From positions 99,448,001 through 99,512,000 of the forward strand of contig NC_043002.1 of NCBI RefSeq assembly GCF_006345805.1: DNA of 64,000 bases, given 5' to 3'. This DNA is from Octopus sinensis. Taxonomy: Eukaryota. How positions within the stretch are numbered: position 1 is the stretch's first letter; every line of letters begins with the position of its first letter. Below, piece after piece: positions 13,216 to 27,809 of this stretch. The notes beneath the pieces were generated by a model. That model searched no databases. It saw only the letters and a program-made list of their open reading frames with translations, and had not been told where the DNA came from. Both the position numbers and the translations under genes were made by a program.

Positions 13216-13493
13216 CCATTTCTATCAGGAAATGTGTTAAAATGTCATACACACACACACACAAACGCACACAAAAACACACACACAAATACATACACAC
13301 AAAAACACACACACAATCAGAATGCTCGATCACATTAGCGATCATGTGATAACATGCTGAAGAAGTCTTAGCAATTTAAGACATGTTATAAAGATCTGTG
13401 AATAAATGAATACTCTCTGTTTTTATATTTATTTATTTATTACTAGGGCACGATTTAAACAAAATGTGCTTTTCAGAAAACATGCCGCCTTAT

Positions 13494-14035
13494 GGCGGGG
13501 AGCTTGCAGAATCGCTAGCACGCCGGGCGAAATGCTCAGCGGTATTTCGTCTACCGTTACGTTCTGAGTTCAAATTCCGCCGAGGTCGACTTTGGCTTTC
13601 ATCCTTTCGGGGTCGATAAACTAAGTACCAATTATGCACTGGGGTCGATATAATCGACTTAATCTGTCTTTCTGTCCTTGTTTGTCTCGTCTGTGGGTAG
13701 TAAAGAAATAGGTATTTCGTCTGCTTTTATGTTCTGAGATCAAATTCCGCCGAGGTCGACTTTGCTTTTCATTCTTTCTGGATCGATTAAATAAGTACCA
13801 GTTACGCACTGGTGTCGATCTAATCGACTTAATCCCTTTGTCTGTCCTTGTTTGCCCGCTCTCTGTTTAGTCCCCTGTGGGCAAGAAATAAATAAAGATA
13901 TTATCATTATCCAACTTTACATTTTGAGTTCAAATTCCACCGTAGTCTAAATGTACCAGTTGAGCACTGGGGTTGATGTAATCGACTTAGCTCCTCACCC
14001 GAAATTGGTGGCCCTGTGCCGAAATTAGAAACCAA
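13494..14035 (+). mobile_element. SINE family 1, young copy with internally repeated body
   Basis: tRNA-like head with B-box-like GAGTTCAAATTCC; core GTCGACTTTGGCTTTCATCCTTTCGGGGTCGATAAA..AGTACCA; body repeated at about 13711-13890 and partially at 13915-14035. Confidence 0.9.
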
Positions 14036-14169
14036 TATTTTATCATTATAATTTGAAGAACTAATTACAAATCTTATATTGTTCCCCATATAACAGTTAT
14101 TTGCATATTTCCTCTTCATATGTCCATACAGATTCAGATGCGAAATATGCATAAATATGAAAATTCAGG

Positions 14170-14310
14170 CCCATAGGTGTTTGCGGGGTAAGAAGATTGC
14201 TTCCCAACCAAATGGTTCCAGGTTCAATTCCTACTGCGTGGTAATATCACCTCGGGCCGACCCAAGCCTTGTGAGTGAATTTGGTTGACAGAAACTGAAA
14301 GATGCCCGTC

Positions 14311-14312
<2 letters not shown>
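14170..14312 (+). mobile_element. SINE family 2, 5' part ending in (TA)n
   Basis: Aligns to the head of the 36290-36763 element (CCAACCA.ATGGTTCC.GGTTCA...GGGCCGACC.AAGCCTTGTGAGTG...GAAACTGAAAGA.GCCCGTCG). Confidence 0.8.
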
Positions 14313-14356
<44 letters not shown>

Positions 14357-14972
14357 GACAATTTAAAATAATGGTCATTACATATAATTCCTTTATTGAA
14401 GCAAATTCGGCTATACTGTTTCCAGTAGATAGGGTTACTCAATTGGTCTATTGATCAATTAAGGTAAATTGAAAGACCTAAGAAAATTAATTAAATATTC
14501 ATCAGAGCTATAGCTGGAAATAAACAGAGCACCTGAAGAATGGCTATTATATGCGCAAAGTGGGGGCAGATTGGTATATTTAAGTAGAAAAATGCTACTA
14601 TGGGATGGTAGCAATTGAAGGAGTGGAACTAAGTAGAAGAAGCGGTAGTAATATCAGTGGTAATATTATTAGTAGATGTAGTAGTAGGAGTGTTGCATTG
14701 CCAAATTTGGGAGAGCAAGAGTCACACACATAGGTCAGCCGCATTTCCACATTGGCTATGAACACATTGGCTGGAGTTCATAATTTACTAGGAATAGACG
14801 ACAAGAACGTAACCTTGTCTTGAGACGAATAAATGCAAGCAAAAGAAAATATGAATGGCATTTCAAAGTGGTATATTTTAAAAGTGGTCTATATTTTATT
14901 CTCCGTATAAAATACTTGCCTTCTATAGGTGTGAATAGACAATCTGTGTCACAAACCATGTATGTATTCTAA

Positions 14973-15354
14973 GTGGAGGCGCAATGGCCCAGTGGTTAGG
15001 GCAGCGGACTCGCGGTCATAGGATCGCGGTTTCGATTCCCAGACCGGGCGTTGTGAGTGTTTATTGGGCGAAAACACCTAAAGCTACACGAGGCTCCAGC
15101 AGGGGATGGTGGTGATCCCTGCTGTACTCTTTCACCACAACTTCATCTCACTCTTACTTCCTGTTTCTGTTGTACCTGTATTTCAAAGAGCCGGCCTTGT
15201 CATTCTGTGTCACGCTGAATATCCCCGAGAACTACGTTAAGGGTACACGTGTCTGTGGGGAGCTCAGCCACTTACACGTTAATTTCACGAGCAGGCTGTT
15301 CCGTTGATTCGGATCAACCGGAACCCTCATCGTCGTAACCGACGGAGTGCTTCC
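14973..15354 (+). mobile_element. Full-length tRNA-derived SINE (family 3) with 11-bp TSD
   Basis: A box TGGCCCAGTGG and B box GGTTTCGATTCCC; ATGTATTCTAA duplicated at 14962-14972 and 15355-15365. Confidence 0.9.
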
Positions 15355-15809
15355 ATGTATTCTAACCATATATCGTTACATACTCAAATAGTCGAGTATT
15401 TTGTGTCATTTAGGGCCACGTTGGCCTACGTTGACTATGCGTCATTTTATGAATGTGCAGCCCTGAGACAGATCATTAGCGAACGTTAGTTGTTGCCCGC
15501 GCAAATACCCCTGATCGGTTACCGCTACTACTATCCAAAGTGGGTTGATACATCATGGAACCTGAGTTGTTTCACTGGTCGCGCTCAGAGCGGAAATAAC
15601 AGGATAATATATCACAATGTACCTCGTTCGATCGTCGAACAGCTTCACCTGTTCGGGAAGGATATTGTTTTTTCAATCTCGAATCAGTGATGTCAACATC
15701 TCCTTTAATAAAAGACATGGTGGCCTTAGCAGAATTTGATCTCAGAATACAAAGAGGCAGGACAAATTTTGAAATGCTTTGTTTCAGCACATTTTCAAAA
15801 CTATAAGAC

Positions 15810-16000
15810 AACGAGCTGGTATAATGGTTAGGCGAAACGCTCAGTGGTATTTTGTCCCTTCTTACATTGAGTTCAAATTCCACCGAGGTTGAGTTTGCCT
15901 TACCTCATTTCGGTTTCGATAAAATAAGTACCAGTTGGAAACTGGGGCAAATGTAATCGACCTACCCATCGCTCAAATTTACTGGCGAAGGCGAAACCAA
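15810..16000 (+). mobile_element. SINE family 1, diverged copy
   Basis: GAGTTCAAATTCCACCGAGGTTGAGTTTGCCTT...CGATAAAATAAGTACCAG. Confidence 0.75.
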
Positions 16001-17867
16001 TATAACCGGCCACGACTAACTTCTATTATTTTTAATTGGAATTTTCCTTTTAAAGTTGTAAACCTTTTATTAAGAAATATTGTGTCATCAACTGTAATTT
16101 GCTATATTTTTTTTATTCTTCTAATCCATGGTCTTAGACAACTTCTAGAAACAAAATAAACAAGGTATAACTTTCTGACACTAAAGAATTATATGTCACT
16201 CCACACCAAAATTTCTTAAAGAAATAAAAATTTTGAAATTTTAGATGAAGTGAAACGAAATATTTCATGCGTTTGATATTAGTGTATTATGTTTTCTGAA
16301 GTTGATTGTAGAGGCACAAATTTGACATCAAAGGAATTTTTGATCCCGCCGTCACCTACGTATGACTTCAATCAATATTTATACAATAAGGATCTAACTA
16401 TAATGTTCATACAGCTTAATGTCCTACACGTCATACCCAAATGTCTAGTAAATTAAGATATTGGATAATATAGTTGAAAATAGACAGGCTGGACATAGTT
16501 GAAACATATTTCATAATAGATTTTCTCTGTCATATTTAACGTCCTAAAATAGCAATGAAAACTCTCTCACATCACATATTTCTGACTTTAAAGTTGCATC
16601 GTGTAGACATGCCTGAAAGTTCTTTGATAACAGAGCTGGTTGATCAAGGCCTAACCATGGAAGAAAAGTCAACAACAATCGACAACAATTTACTTATAAC
16701 AATTTCTTTGAAGAGAAAATAAGGTGAACATTGAAGTTTGGGTATATATTATTGGTACTAATGATACCAGACTTTAGAAAAACGAACCACTGCACTGTAT
16801 ATTGCAAAACATATGGCTGAAATATGGTGGATAGTTTTTATTGTCCATTATAGTGGTTCTAATGAATCAGTTATCCGGTTATCAATGATGGTTTTTCATG
16901 TTGCGTGTGTGGCGAAATTATTTCATACGTAAGCTTTCATATTTGTTGATGTATTTTTCTGAATTGCAGTAACTACCGGCATATTGTCTATATTTGTATT
17001 TACGTTTTATTCTTTATTTGATTTGATCCACTTGTAGTATTATTGCCTCCGTATGAATGTTTTATTTGTGCCTGCAAAGGAAATAAAATGCCACGTTTGA
17101 AAGTTGGAATTTATGATTCTATTGTTTATCCTCGTTCTGCTCCAAATATTCACTTGAAATAGCGTATTAGCAGTCAAGTACTGAAAATGAGCGTGCATAT
17201 GTGCAATTTGTAGAGTCTATATCAAAGTGCAATGAAAGCAAACGCATACCTATTTAACAACGTTTCATGTTCGTAATCTTGAATGTGGAGAGATAAATAA
17301 ATATATTATTGCCGACATAAAGACACATTGCATTCTGTCATATATTTTGTCATAAAAAAGCTCATTCGGTTTATAAAATATATATACATCAATTGATGTC
17401 TTCGTCAATAGTCGTGATCAGTACAGATGTCCAACCTTGTCTCCAGTAGATAAGGGACATAGCCATGTACAGAAATAATAGAACACATTTATACCCAAAA
17501 GTAATTTGCATAATTCAAACAAAATTGAGCTAAGAGAATAACTCAGTGGCCAATGACATGTATTCGAATGACAAATACAAGATTATCAAATATCATGCAA
17601 CATAAATCCTTGATATTTCAAAATATCCTCGTCTCTGGATATGTCATAATTACCAAATGGCAATTAAGGTTAGCTCTATATGAGAAGGAGAGATAATCTC
17701 AAGCATCAAGAACACTCCAAAGTTGACATTGCCATTAAAGAAAAAAATAAATTATTGTTACAGGTGTAGGCTGTCACAGATAATTTTTTTGTCTTAATAG
17801 CCATCTTCATTACATCAACAGTATTAAAATAGTTAAGAGCGTTGCATTTCTATGCGTGCATGTAGTA

Positions 17868-17990
17868 AATGCGCCTGGATCAGAGGTTAAGCTATTCAGC
17901 TGACGGTCGTAGGTTGTGTGTTGTGTCCTTGAGCAAGACGCTGTATTTCACGTTGCTCCAGTCCCCTAAGCTGGCAAAAATGAGTGACAA
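17868..17990 (+). mobile_element. Old tRNA-derived SINE fragment with CORE-like segment
   Basis: GTTGTGTCCTTGAGCAAGACGCTGTATTTCAC resembles the conserved CORE-SINE segment (from memory). Confidence 0.5.
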
Positions 17991-18682
17991 GCAGGCCTTG
18001 CCACATTCTGTTTTCAGGTATGTTAATACTACAATAAATTTTTGGGCGTGCATATAACAGAAATTTCATACTATATAGACTTTAAATAAAATCTTCGTCT
18101 CGGATAATCCTCACTGGGTATAAATAATACAGCCTCTGAGTTTTCCGTCAATAAAAATGACGAGTATACTGCAAAAAATAATATTCAACATAGGCCTATA
18201 CAAATGTAAACCTATTGTATCTAGTATGATATTTATAAACGAGCTGACGAAAACAGTGAATTAATGACAATATGTGGAAGGGAGGGAAAATATATTGCAA
18301 AATTTAAAATATTTGTCGGTAATTATTCAGTAAAAATAATACATGTTTTCTATTTATTCCTTACTGCAGTAATTAGGCTCTCACCAAAGATATAAGTTTT
18401 CTGTATCGTATTTATTTATAGTTCCATAACTTCATTTCTTGTTTTTAAAGAATCGTTATGAAATGAGAGCTTACTCTGTTTAGTTTCCATTTATGTCATA
18501 AGAATACGTATCACATTACTAAATATAGTTTGGGTGCATATATAAAGAAGAATAGATGTGTATGTATGTATGTATGTATGTATGTATGTATGTATGTATG
18601 TGCGTGTGTATGTATGTATTATGTATGTGTGTATGTATGTACATGTGTATGTGTATATGTATGTGTGTGTCTGTGCATGTGT

Positions 18683-18793
<111 letters not shown>

Positions 18794-18825
18794 TTTATTT
18801 GAAGCAGCAGAAAATTCTACAAAAC

Positions 18826-18862
18826 CTGTTACTCTGAGTTTCACGTTGCCGTTCATCGGACA
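18826..18862 (-). ncRNA. Hammerhead motif, inverted copy (family B)
   Basis: Minus: TGT-CCGATGA-ACG-GCAA-CGT-GAA-ACTC-A-GAGT-A-ACA. Confidence 0.75.
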
Positions 18863-18878
18863 TTTTTTCTAGCAAAAA

Positions 18879-18916
18879 CTGTCCGATGAACGGCAACGTG
18901 AAACTCAGAGTAACAG
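18879..18916 (+). ncRNA. Minimal type I hammerhead ribozyme motif (family B, U4C)
   Basis: CTGT-CCGATGA-ACG-GCAA-CGT-GAA-ACTC-A-GAGT-A-ACAG; predicted cleavage between 18912 and 18913. Confidence 0.85.
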
Positions 18917-19019
18917 GTTTTGTAGAATTTTCTGCTGCTTTAAATAAAGCATATTACTCTACCAGTGGTATTTGAGTACTCTTTTTTTCCATCTTGTTTC
19001 ACATTTATGTGTTTACTCC

Positions 19020-19060
<41 letters not shown>

Positions 19061-19062
<2 letters not shown>

Positions 19063-19288
19063 TAGAGTAACAATCAAACTCAAGGTTGCTCAAGGATTTC
19101 AAGTCATTTAGAATAGTTTAATTTGAGGTCTTACAGCCGCTTCTGATATAACCTAAGTGGTAGATTAGCATGTCCAAAATATACGCAGAAGAAAAATGTA
19201 CACAACTCGTATTTTTCCAGAGGATATTGATGTTGGTCGGTACTTGCATGAAGGTACAGTTCATGCAAGTACCGACCAACATCAATAT
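19061..19288 (-). mobile_element. Short (TA)n-embedded element ending in a perfect 29-bp hairpin
   Basis: Arms 19224-19252 and 19260-19288, loop GGTACAG; GGTCTTACAGCCGCTTC at 19127 is similar to GGTCTTACAGCTGTTTC at 53325. Confidence 0.55.
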
Positions 19289-19302
19289 ATATATATATAT
19301 TA

Positions 19303-19360
<58 letters not shown>

Positions 19361-19881
19361 TTATACACACACATATATATATATATTATGTGTATGTATA
19401 TATATATATAATATATATATAATTATATATATATATGCATACATGCATACATACATACAAACATACATATATACACGCATACAAACACACACACACACAC
19501 ACACATAACCATATACACAGACATAATTTTACTAAACTGGATTCTCAAATCGGTTGTCTTGTTATCATTTGTTAGCTTAAGGCCTTTTCTATGTTTCGTA
19601 GTCTGTTTAGGGAAGTGTTATCATTCATTTGATCCACAACGTCCACATATTTAGTATGAATTATATGACACTCTTTCGCATTAATTCACGTATCGACAAC
19701 ATGCCCAAGTGAATAAAGTAGTCTGTTAATAAATCATTTATTTTCAGGCAGTTTGTTGTTTATATGCGAAAAAAGTTATCTTGCTATATATCGGAAATAA
19801 ATTCCGTCTCATTCGCAGCAATCTGGCGCCTTATCCACGAAGCCATCTATAACACATTAGACTCCACACTAAGAAAGATGT

Positions 19882-20325
19882 TTGATCAACGGTTTAAAAT
19901 GCCACTGGTGTCTCAATGGAATTCATAATATTTGCATGTATATTCATACAGATATTGATATCCGAAGGAAAACATTTGTGATTATGGTATTCGTATCGTC
20001 GTATGAAGAATCAAATGTATATACACGTTGGTATTTAAACATTTACATATTACTCTGCGTAAAGCAAGTTATACATTTGATATATCACATTCAGATATAC
20101 ATATCCGATAAATTTATCGACACAATTTATGCGAAGCGCAATTTTAAAAACTACCCAAGACATACATTTTACTATAATTCGACTTGTTTTCCAGAGAATT
20201 TTATATGCAGTGACTTATTCAAATCTGAGACAAACCCATGGAGAAATTTTTTGTTATCACTAAATTTATTGTGTACACATATGACTAATGTGTTTTACAT
20301 AAGTATCCAACAGCTATGTGTATAG
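19882..20325 (+). other. 147-codon ORF in non-repetitive sequence, product unknown
   Basis: One of the longest ORFs not explained by a microsatellite or TE; TTG start in the ORF track; no motif recognised. Confidence 0.25.
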
Positions 20326-20692
20326 AACGAAGATTTCAGAAATAAATTGGAACAGGGTTTATCTTCACTGTCATTATTTATACATATTATTACTTGTCTG
20401 TATATTTCACAGCTTCACATGCACATTTTATAAACTGTTCATTCTTCTCACTACTCTTCGCGGAGTAAAAATCAATTTGCTTCCTGTCATAAATCACTAA
20501 AATTTGGAATATCTGTTTACTGGAAGAAGTTCAGTCCACTACATAAGTCTGTAGTTGTCAAAGGGGCAGTACATGTATATATACATAGGTACATACATAC
20601 ATACCAACGTATGTATGTCTATATGATTATAAATAAATGCATATACATATATCTCTTTCTCTCGCTTTCCATATATTTCTATATATATACAA

Positions 20693-20724
<32 letters not shown>

Positions 20725-20857
20725 TACAAGATTTTTGATGTGAAATCATGTGTTGAAACAGATATTGTATTTAGGAATGAAGCAAAGTAACACCAAATAT
20801 ATAGTGCGTGTGTTTTTATTGGCTAAACTGGCGAAATGACCATTCCTAAATACAACA

Positions 20858-20860
<3 letters not shown>
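20725..20860. repeat. Rearranged copy of a short (TA)n-associated repeat, also at about 29960-30050
   Basis: TGGCTAAACTGGC..ATGACCATTCC.AAATA.AACAAT shared with 29972-30010; internal inversion ATTGTATTTAGGAATG / CATTCCTAAATACAA. Confidence 0.7.
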
Positions 20861-20906
<46 letters not shown>

Positions 20907-21024
20907 GAGAGAGAGAGAGAAATAGAGTGAGATAGATATATTTGTATGTATATACAAATGGACATGGACATAAATGTATACATATATATGTGTGTACGTA
21001 TACATATGGATATTTATATACGTA

Positions 21025-21480
21025 CTCCACCTTCTATATCCTTCCCACCCCCTTCCCCTACTCTACCCCACACCCTCCCCTACACACCTACATACCTCAC
21101 CCCTATCCCACACCTCTCCCTCACATACCTCACCTATATCCCCCCACATACCCACCCTCTACTTACCCCCAACCCCCACTCTACCCCAACCCCCACTCTA
21201 CCCCAACCCCAGCCGAACTCACACTCCACCTGTGCTTTCCCACTCTCACCTTCCCCACCTCCCCACAACATCACACCACACTACACTACACCATACAACA
21301 TTACACATCACATCAAAACACACTACCCACAGCACACCGCCCACACATCAATCCCAACATCTTCACACCTACACATACATACACATATCACCTCACAACA
21401 CACCACCCACACACCCATCCCCACATCTCCACACCCACACATACATACACACACACACGTCCAGACCACCAGCCCTCTTT
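21025..21480. repeat. C/A-rich low-complexity tract (G-rich on minus strand)
   Basis: Almost no G on the plus strand; about 17-bp repeats ACCCCAACCCCCACTCT near 21165-21210. Confidence 0.9.
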
Positions 21481-21499
21481 CACACGCACATATATACTC

Positions 21500-21797
21500 T
21501 CTTATACACACACGCATCTTTGTGTTGGGGGCACCTTCGTTTTGGAAGTCACTTGACCCTGTTATCTCCCCTACTGTCCTTCTCGCGTCTAACCACTGTC
21601 CGAAGTCAGGACGCCATGATAGATCGTTAGCTCCTACACGCATTTTTTCTCTCCTTGTATTTTTCTGTGTATCTTTCTGTCGAAGAGCGTAGGCTCGAAA
21701 CGTAAGAGACTTTTTCTATTTCTATTCCTGAGCGCCATTTGTTTGTTTGTACTCCACCTGCCTTCGTCTTTTGTTTATTTTCGTAAACCTTCCCGTT

Positions 21798-21798
<1 letters not shown>
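21500..21798 (+). mobile_element. HHR element related to family A, ending at (TA)n; HHR at 21672-21709 with A6U change
   Basis: TCTTT-CTGTCGA-A-GAGC-GTAG-GCTC-GAA-ACGT-A-AGAGA; downstream TTCCTGAGCG shared with the 27810 copy. Confidence 0.7.
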
Positions 21799-21836
<38 letters not shown>

Positions 21837-21860
21837 ATATATATACATATATATACATAT

Positions 21861-21961
<101 letters not shown>

Positions 21962-22725
21962 TATGCAATATTCAAATTTCACAGGCATGAAATCTCATGC
22001 AAGCTTTTCATGAGAATGCTGCAACAGCTATAATGTATTATGTATGTCTGTCACTTTGTCTCTCTTTCTCCGCCTGTGTGTGTCTATCTCTGGGCCTTGT
22101 ACAATAATTTTTTTTTGTGTACGAGCCAACTGACTGTTATGTATTGCTTCCTTCATTTGTAGAAATATTATGCGCCTTCAGCCATTTGATCCTGGCGAGT
22201 GACGTATAATCCTAAGGTACGAACGGAATGGTCACACCACGAAAATATATATGCACACACAAACACACCAACACATACACACACATAAGATTAAGGAGAG
22301 GAGAACACAAATTCAAAGGCCAATGGATATATTCATTCAATCCATATTAACGAAATTTTCCCTGTTATAAAAAATACATACATAGATGCATTCATCTATA
22401 TGATATATATTTCTAAGAATTTACAAATACATACATATACACGAAAATTCATAAATATATAAAAATTAATACGCATTAAAAAAATTATGAATACGTAAAA
22501 ATTCATAAACCTACTTGCAAAGTTCGCATGAAGAGGATGATAAAGCGGATGTAAAATGATTCATAGGGAGTATGGAACATGTATGAATTTATTGTGTAAA
22601 AGTCTTTCGGGCGTTTCGAAAATATATGGGTTGCTTTGCTCTCCGTAATTTTATATTCCTGAAGCTCTATCGGAGCGCTAATCGGTTGGGCTGTATAAAG
22701 CGTATAATCACATATTTCTTCAGTG

Positions 22726-23205
<480 letters not shown>

Positions 23206-25574
23206 ATAAATATCTGCCCATATACGACGAGATTTCGCACATTTTCGTCTGTCAAATTTTCTTTATGGTATCGTTCTTTCTAATGCTATTTGGAAAAGAA
23301 AAAAAAACATTTATATCCTACCGCACCCTGAGATTGAACCGAAACCCTCTGGCTGCACAATAACTGCTTAACCCTGGAGATATATTTGTATTTCAATATT
23401 TGTAACTATGAAGTATACATACACGATTGACACTTCGTGTGAATCATACAAACCGAATTTTAACATTGGAAAAATTCCTTCTGCATACCACTTATCTAAT
23501 TTGAAGTTCAAGTGATTTATTTATTTCAAGCCTCAAATTTTCGTGGCATATTCAAACATTTTCAAGCCATATTTAAAAAAAGAGAAAAAAGAAAAATGAA
23601 AATTACACCTTGAAGGAAGACGCATGATTATATCAGAAGATATAAATCGGACATCCTATTGCTTTTTTGGTAATCATGTATGCCATAAATAATCATGTTT
23701 CGTTTCACATGTTTACAAACTGATGGTTGAAATCATAAATAATTATAATTAAATATTGAAATTAAAATTGTGCTGGAGTAATAGATCCTTTGAAAGTTGG
23801 AGGAATATATTTAATTTTATTTACTTTCATCCTCTACAATCTGGCGTTAGATCGCAGGAGGTTTGATTAAATAAGTGTTGCCGTTGCAGGGAGTTTGATC
23901 AAATAAATTTTTACCATGATTCAAATACAGGTGTAGTAAACTTGACTCTAAATCAATATCGCATGATAAACTTGATTACTCTCAAGTAAATGATAATCTT
24001 TAGATAGTATTAGAAAATAACTTTTATTCGCAACCTTCATAAATGAGCTTATAAACACTGAAATGGCAACAGAACGTTTTCGTTTTCCTTGAATTGGCAG
24101 TAAAACCTGCATTAATACGTTACTGGGAGAAAAGCTGTCGAAACCAAGAATGTTGATTTTCTTCGGCTCATGTCTATTTCTATTTGAGACTTCTTATACT
24201 GCCTGCATGTTCTTATACAATCGACAGACGTCGGAGACACATTTTTAATGAATGTTCGTGCACTAGACACTGCGTAGTCAAAACCTAGTGAGATTTGCCG
24301 TGCATTTAATATTTTGGGAATCGAGAAAGTATGGCTTCCCACAATATTGCCTAGTGCCTAATTTTAAAATCATATTTAGTGACATGTCTTTCATTCTGGG
24401 TTCCATTTCGACAAGTTCGACATAAGATTTCGTATTCCCTGCTTAATAAAATAAGTGCGTCGCGGAGTACTGATACCAATATGATAGATGGCTTCATCAC
24501 CAAATTCGTGGCCTACAGCATGGATATCGATTTATTATTTAAGGATTCAGAGAAAATGCTTTTCCACAACACGGCCATAGTAAATTCAACCACGATTATA
24601 TCGTTAACTGATACACGGATATTGTAAATATAATGATTAATTCAATGAACTACTTATTTAATTGGCTTTGTAAAATTGTCAAAAGTGAATATATGAGGGA
24701 GCTAGCTGTAATAGGATTGTTGACGGGAGACCTTAAGCGTAGAGACCACGTTAATGACTACTCTCACCAAGTATTCAACCACACCACAATATCTATTATT
24801 CATTATCATAAATTCTTTTGAAGATTCTCATAGCTAATATTTGCACTTCTATAGCTTCACAGAGAGGAAGTGAATAGCCTACTGTCTTTTAAGCGTCCCG
24901 AGATGATAAGCGATAAGGTAGTTGTCCTCAGATCAGAAATATTATCAAATAATTGCAAAAGTAGTATTAGCTAAAGGTACCCAAAAAGTAGCAGTATTAA
25001 ACCAAGCATCAGTTTAAAGTATAGAAGGCGAATTCAGTCATACACCTCTAAATCCTACCTTCCCTTAAGACATTAAAACAACTATTTCCCTTCAAGCTAT
25101 AAATGGCAGTTGATTTTATTTCATAGGTTTTAAGATCCAATAGGAAATCTTCACATTGGAAACGTTCCAGTTTCAGAAAATATATCTTCTTAATATATAC
25201 AGCATGGTCTTTAAATAAGTTATACGAAAAAGATCCTAAAATATTTGAGAATTACAAAACAAAAGTTGATTTAAATATTTTTAACAGTTCCATAAGATAT
25301 ATAAATGAGCAAATATCTTTTATTTTTTTATGAAAGACATTTGTATAATTCTGCATTTTTCGCACTTCGATATCTTACAATGTTCTTAAATTATCAATTT
25401 AAAAAAAAAAATAAGACGCTTTTTGTACTACTTTCTTCCCTGAAAGGTTTCTATTTAAAATTATTTCGATAAATATTTGTTTAAGAAAATGGTGATTTCT
25501 TAAAGACTAATCGCAAACATACACACACAGCACACCCTCTCAGTTTATGTATGTATGTATACACACACATACAC

Positions 25575-25613
<39 letters not shown>

Positions 25614-26489
25614 TGATATGTGGGTGTTTAGTTCACTTGTAATCTACGCTGTGTAAGCACTATAGTTGTTTGACCGTTAGTCTCCAAGATCACTACTATC
25701 TATCTATTTATCTATCTATATCTATATATCTGTCTATCTGTCTGTATGTCTGTCTATGTGTCTGTCTGACTATGCGTGTGTGTGTGTGTATGTGTGTGTT
25801 TGTGTGTGTGTGTGTGTGTGTGCGTGCGTGATGTGTGTGTGTGTATGTGTGTGCGTGTTCAATAAATCTGGTAGTTGTTATACTGAAAATTTGAAACCAC
25901 ATCAGAATAAATAGATCTACATTGAACCTCCAGACACATGCTACTAAGTTGATTCAATTTCTTTTTACTCTGCTATCTTTTAGTATTTATATAACCTCTT
26001 CACATCATTAAACTTATTTTTATTGACTTGAGAACCTCTCTCAGCTGGGTATTCTTAGTAAGAAATTTAATGCAGCAACTTCTTTCTTGTGAAACAAGAC
26101 ACTGTAAGCTATTTGATATTTTATTAATCCCATTCATTTATTCAATTAAACAGTGTTTAATTTTATTCCCCACTTTCACTACATTTTCCATTGAGATATC
26201 AGCGTCTCGGCACTATCTCACTCTATTCACTAACCATATCGCAGCTGAACTCTGCTTCTAATTTCAACCTTAAATAACAGTTGGTTTGTTTGTTTGTTTT
26301 TTATCTTGAAAGTACAAGATATGATAATTCTGGAGTCACAAACACGCTAGTGCCAGTGCTGTTCAATCGCGCGTAATAAATTTGCATATCAGTCCCTGAA
26401 GTTGGGAAATAGCTATCATCAGATCTTTTGTCGAATCTCTGAATTAATTCACATGTGAGACTCAGAATCAACACACACACAAGCACACA

Positions 26490-26558
<69 letters not shown>

Positions 26559-26711
26559 ACACACACACACGCAAACACACACAAACACACACACACAAAA
26601 CGCACGTGTATGTATAGAATTTTGTTACACTACCGAATGTCTCTCTCTCTCTCTCCTTTCTTAGTTGTTTACCTGTTTTTAAAAAAGAGTTGAACGGCGC
26701 TGCTAACCAGC

Positions 26712-27050
26712 CACAAGTGTCTTCTGCTATAGCCCCGGGCCGACCAATGCCTTGTGAGTGGAATTGGTAGACGGAAACTGAAAGAAGCCTGTCGTATATA
26801 TGTATATTCATAAATATATGTATGTGTGTGTATGTTTGTATGTCTGTGTTTGTCCCCCTATCATTGCTTGACAACCAATGCTGGTGTGTTTATGTCCCCG
26901 TCACTTAGCGGTTCGGCAACAGATACCGATAGAATAAGTACTGGGCTTACAAAGAATAAGTCCTGGGGTCGATTTGCTCGACTAAAGGCGGTGCTCCAGC
27001 ATGGCCGCAGTGAAATGACTAAAACAAGTAAAAAAGTAAAAGAGTAAAAG
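26712..27050 (+). mobile_element. SINE family 2, 5'-truncated copy
   Basis: High identity to the reverse complement of 36290-36690. Confidence 0.9.
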
Positions 27051-27809
27051 AGGGTTACTTGCGGAAGCTGATTAAAAAAAAAAACTGCTGTCTTGTATTT
27101 CATTTAATTATCTTAAGTTAATTAAGTATATTTTACAGTCACTTGAAGCCGAAAATCGTTTACCTGATGTTGAGTCTAATTTATGGGTATTTTAATTTAT
27201 ATTTAAGTGCTTTGTGTCACTTCCAACTTTTCGTCATTTTACGTATTTCATTGAATAAACACTCTGAATCACATTAACGCCGCTTTAAATTTTTCCTTAA
27301 CCTAACCAATTCACAGTTTTCCATTTCTAATTGATTCATAACTTAAAAAAAAACAGCCTTGTGTCCGCTTCCGACCTTTTCAAGAACAGCCTATCATAGT
27401 GTTAGCTTTCCTGAATCATCTAACTTTTTTAGAAAATAATTAGTTACATTGATTCATTTATTTAACAGTAGATAATCAATAGCCGTTTCCTATAAACATT
27501 TTAATGTATCCATTCTTGCTCTTATTTTACTGTTGCCTACACTATATGTATACATGGAAAAGCGGAAGGACGTTTAATTAACTTTTTTGCTGAATTGTAT
27601 CATAAACAAAAGAGACAACAAATTTATCAAGATTCTTCTCTCCTCTCATTCTTCTCTTTTTCTTCTCTCTGTACCCTATCCTTTCTGTCTGTCTATTTGT
27701 CTGTCTCTCTGTCTCCCTCTCTCTCTCTCCCTATATATATATATATTATATATATATATTATATATATATATATAATATATATATATATATAATATATAT
27801 ATATATATG

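Noticed and set aside
13494-14035. CRISPR-like or regular repeat array
   Set aside because: Internal SINE duplication; no repeat-spacer periodicity and no cas genes in a eukaryotic context.
14975-15050. tRNA gene
   Set aside because: It has A/B boxes but no proper cloverleaf and continues into a SINE body with a TSD.
12490-18270. Isolated CTGANGA heptamers (about 12490, 13358, 14499, 14533, 18244; also 1791, 32413, 51942, 55767)
   Set aside because: No properly placed stem II, GAAA and stem I; expected by chance.
20942-21692. 204-248 aa Pro/His/Thr-rich ORFs
   Set aside because: Open in all three frames because the tract is C/A-rich and lacks stop codons; low complexity.
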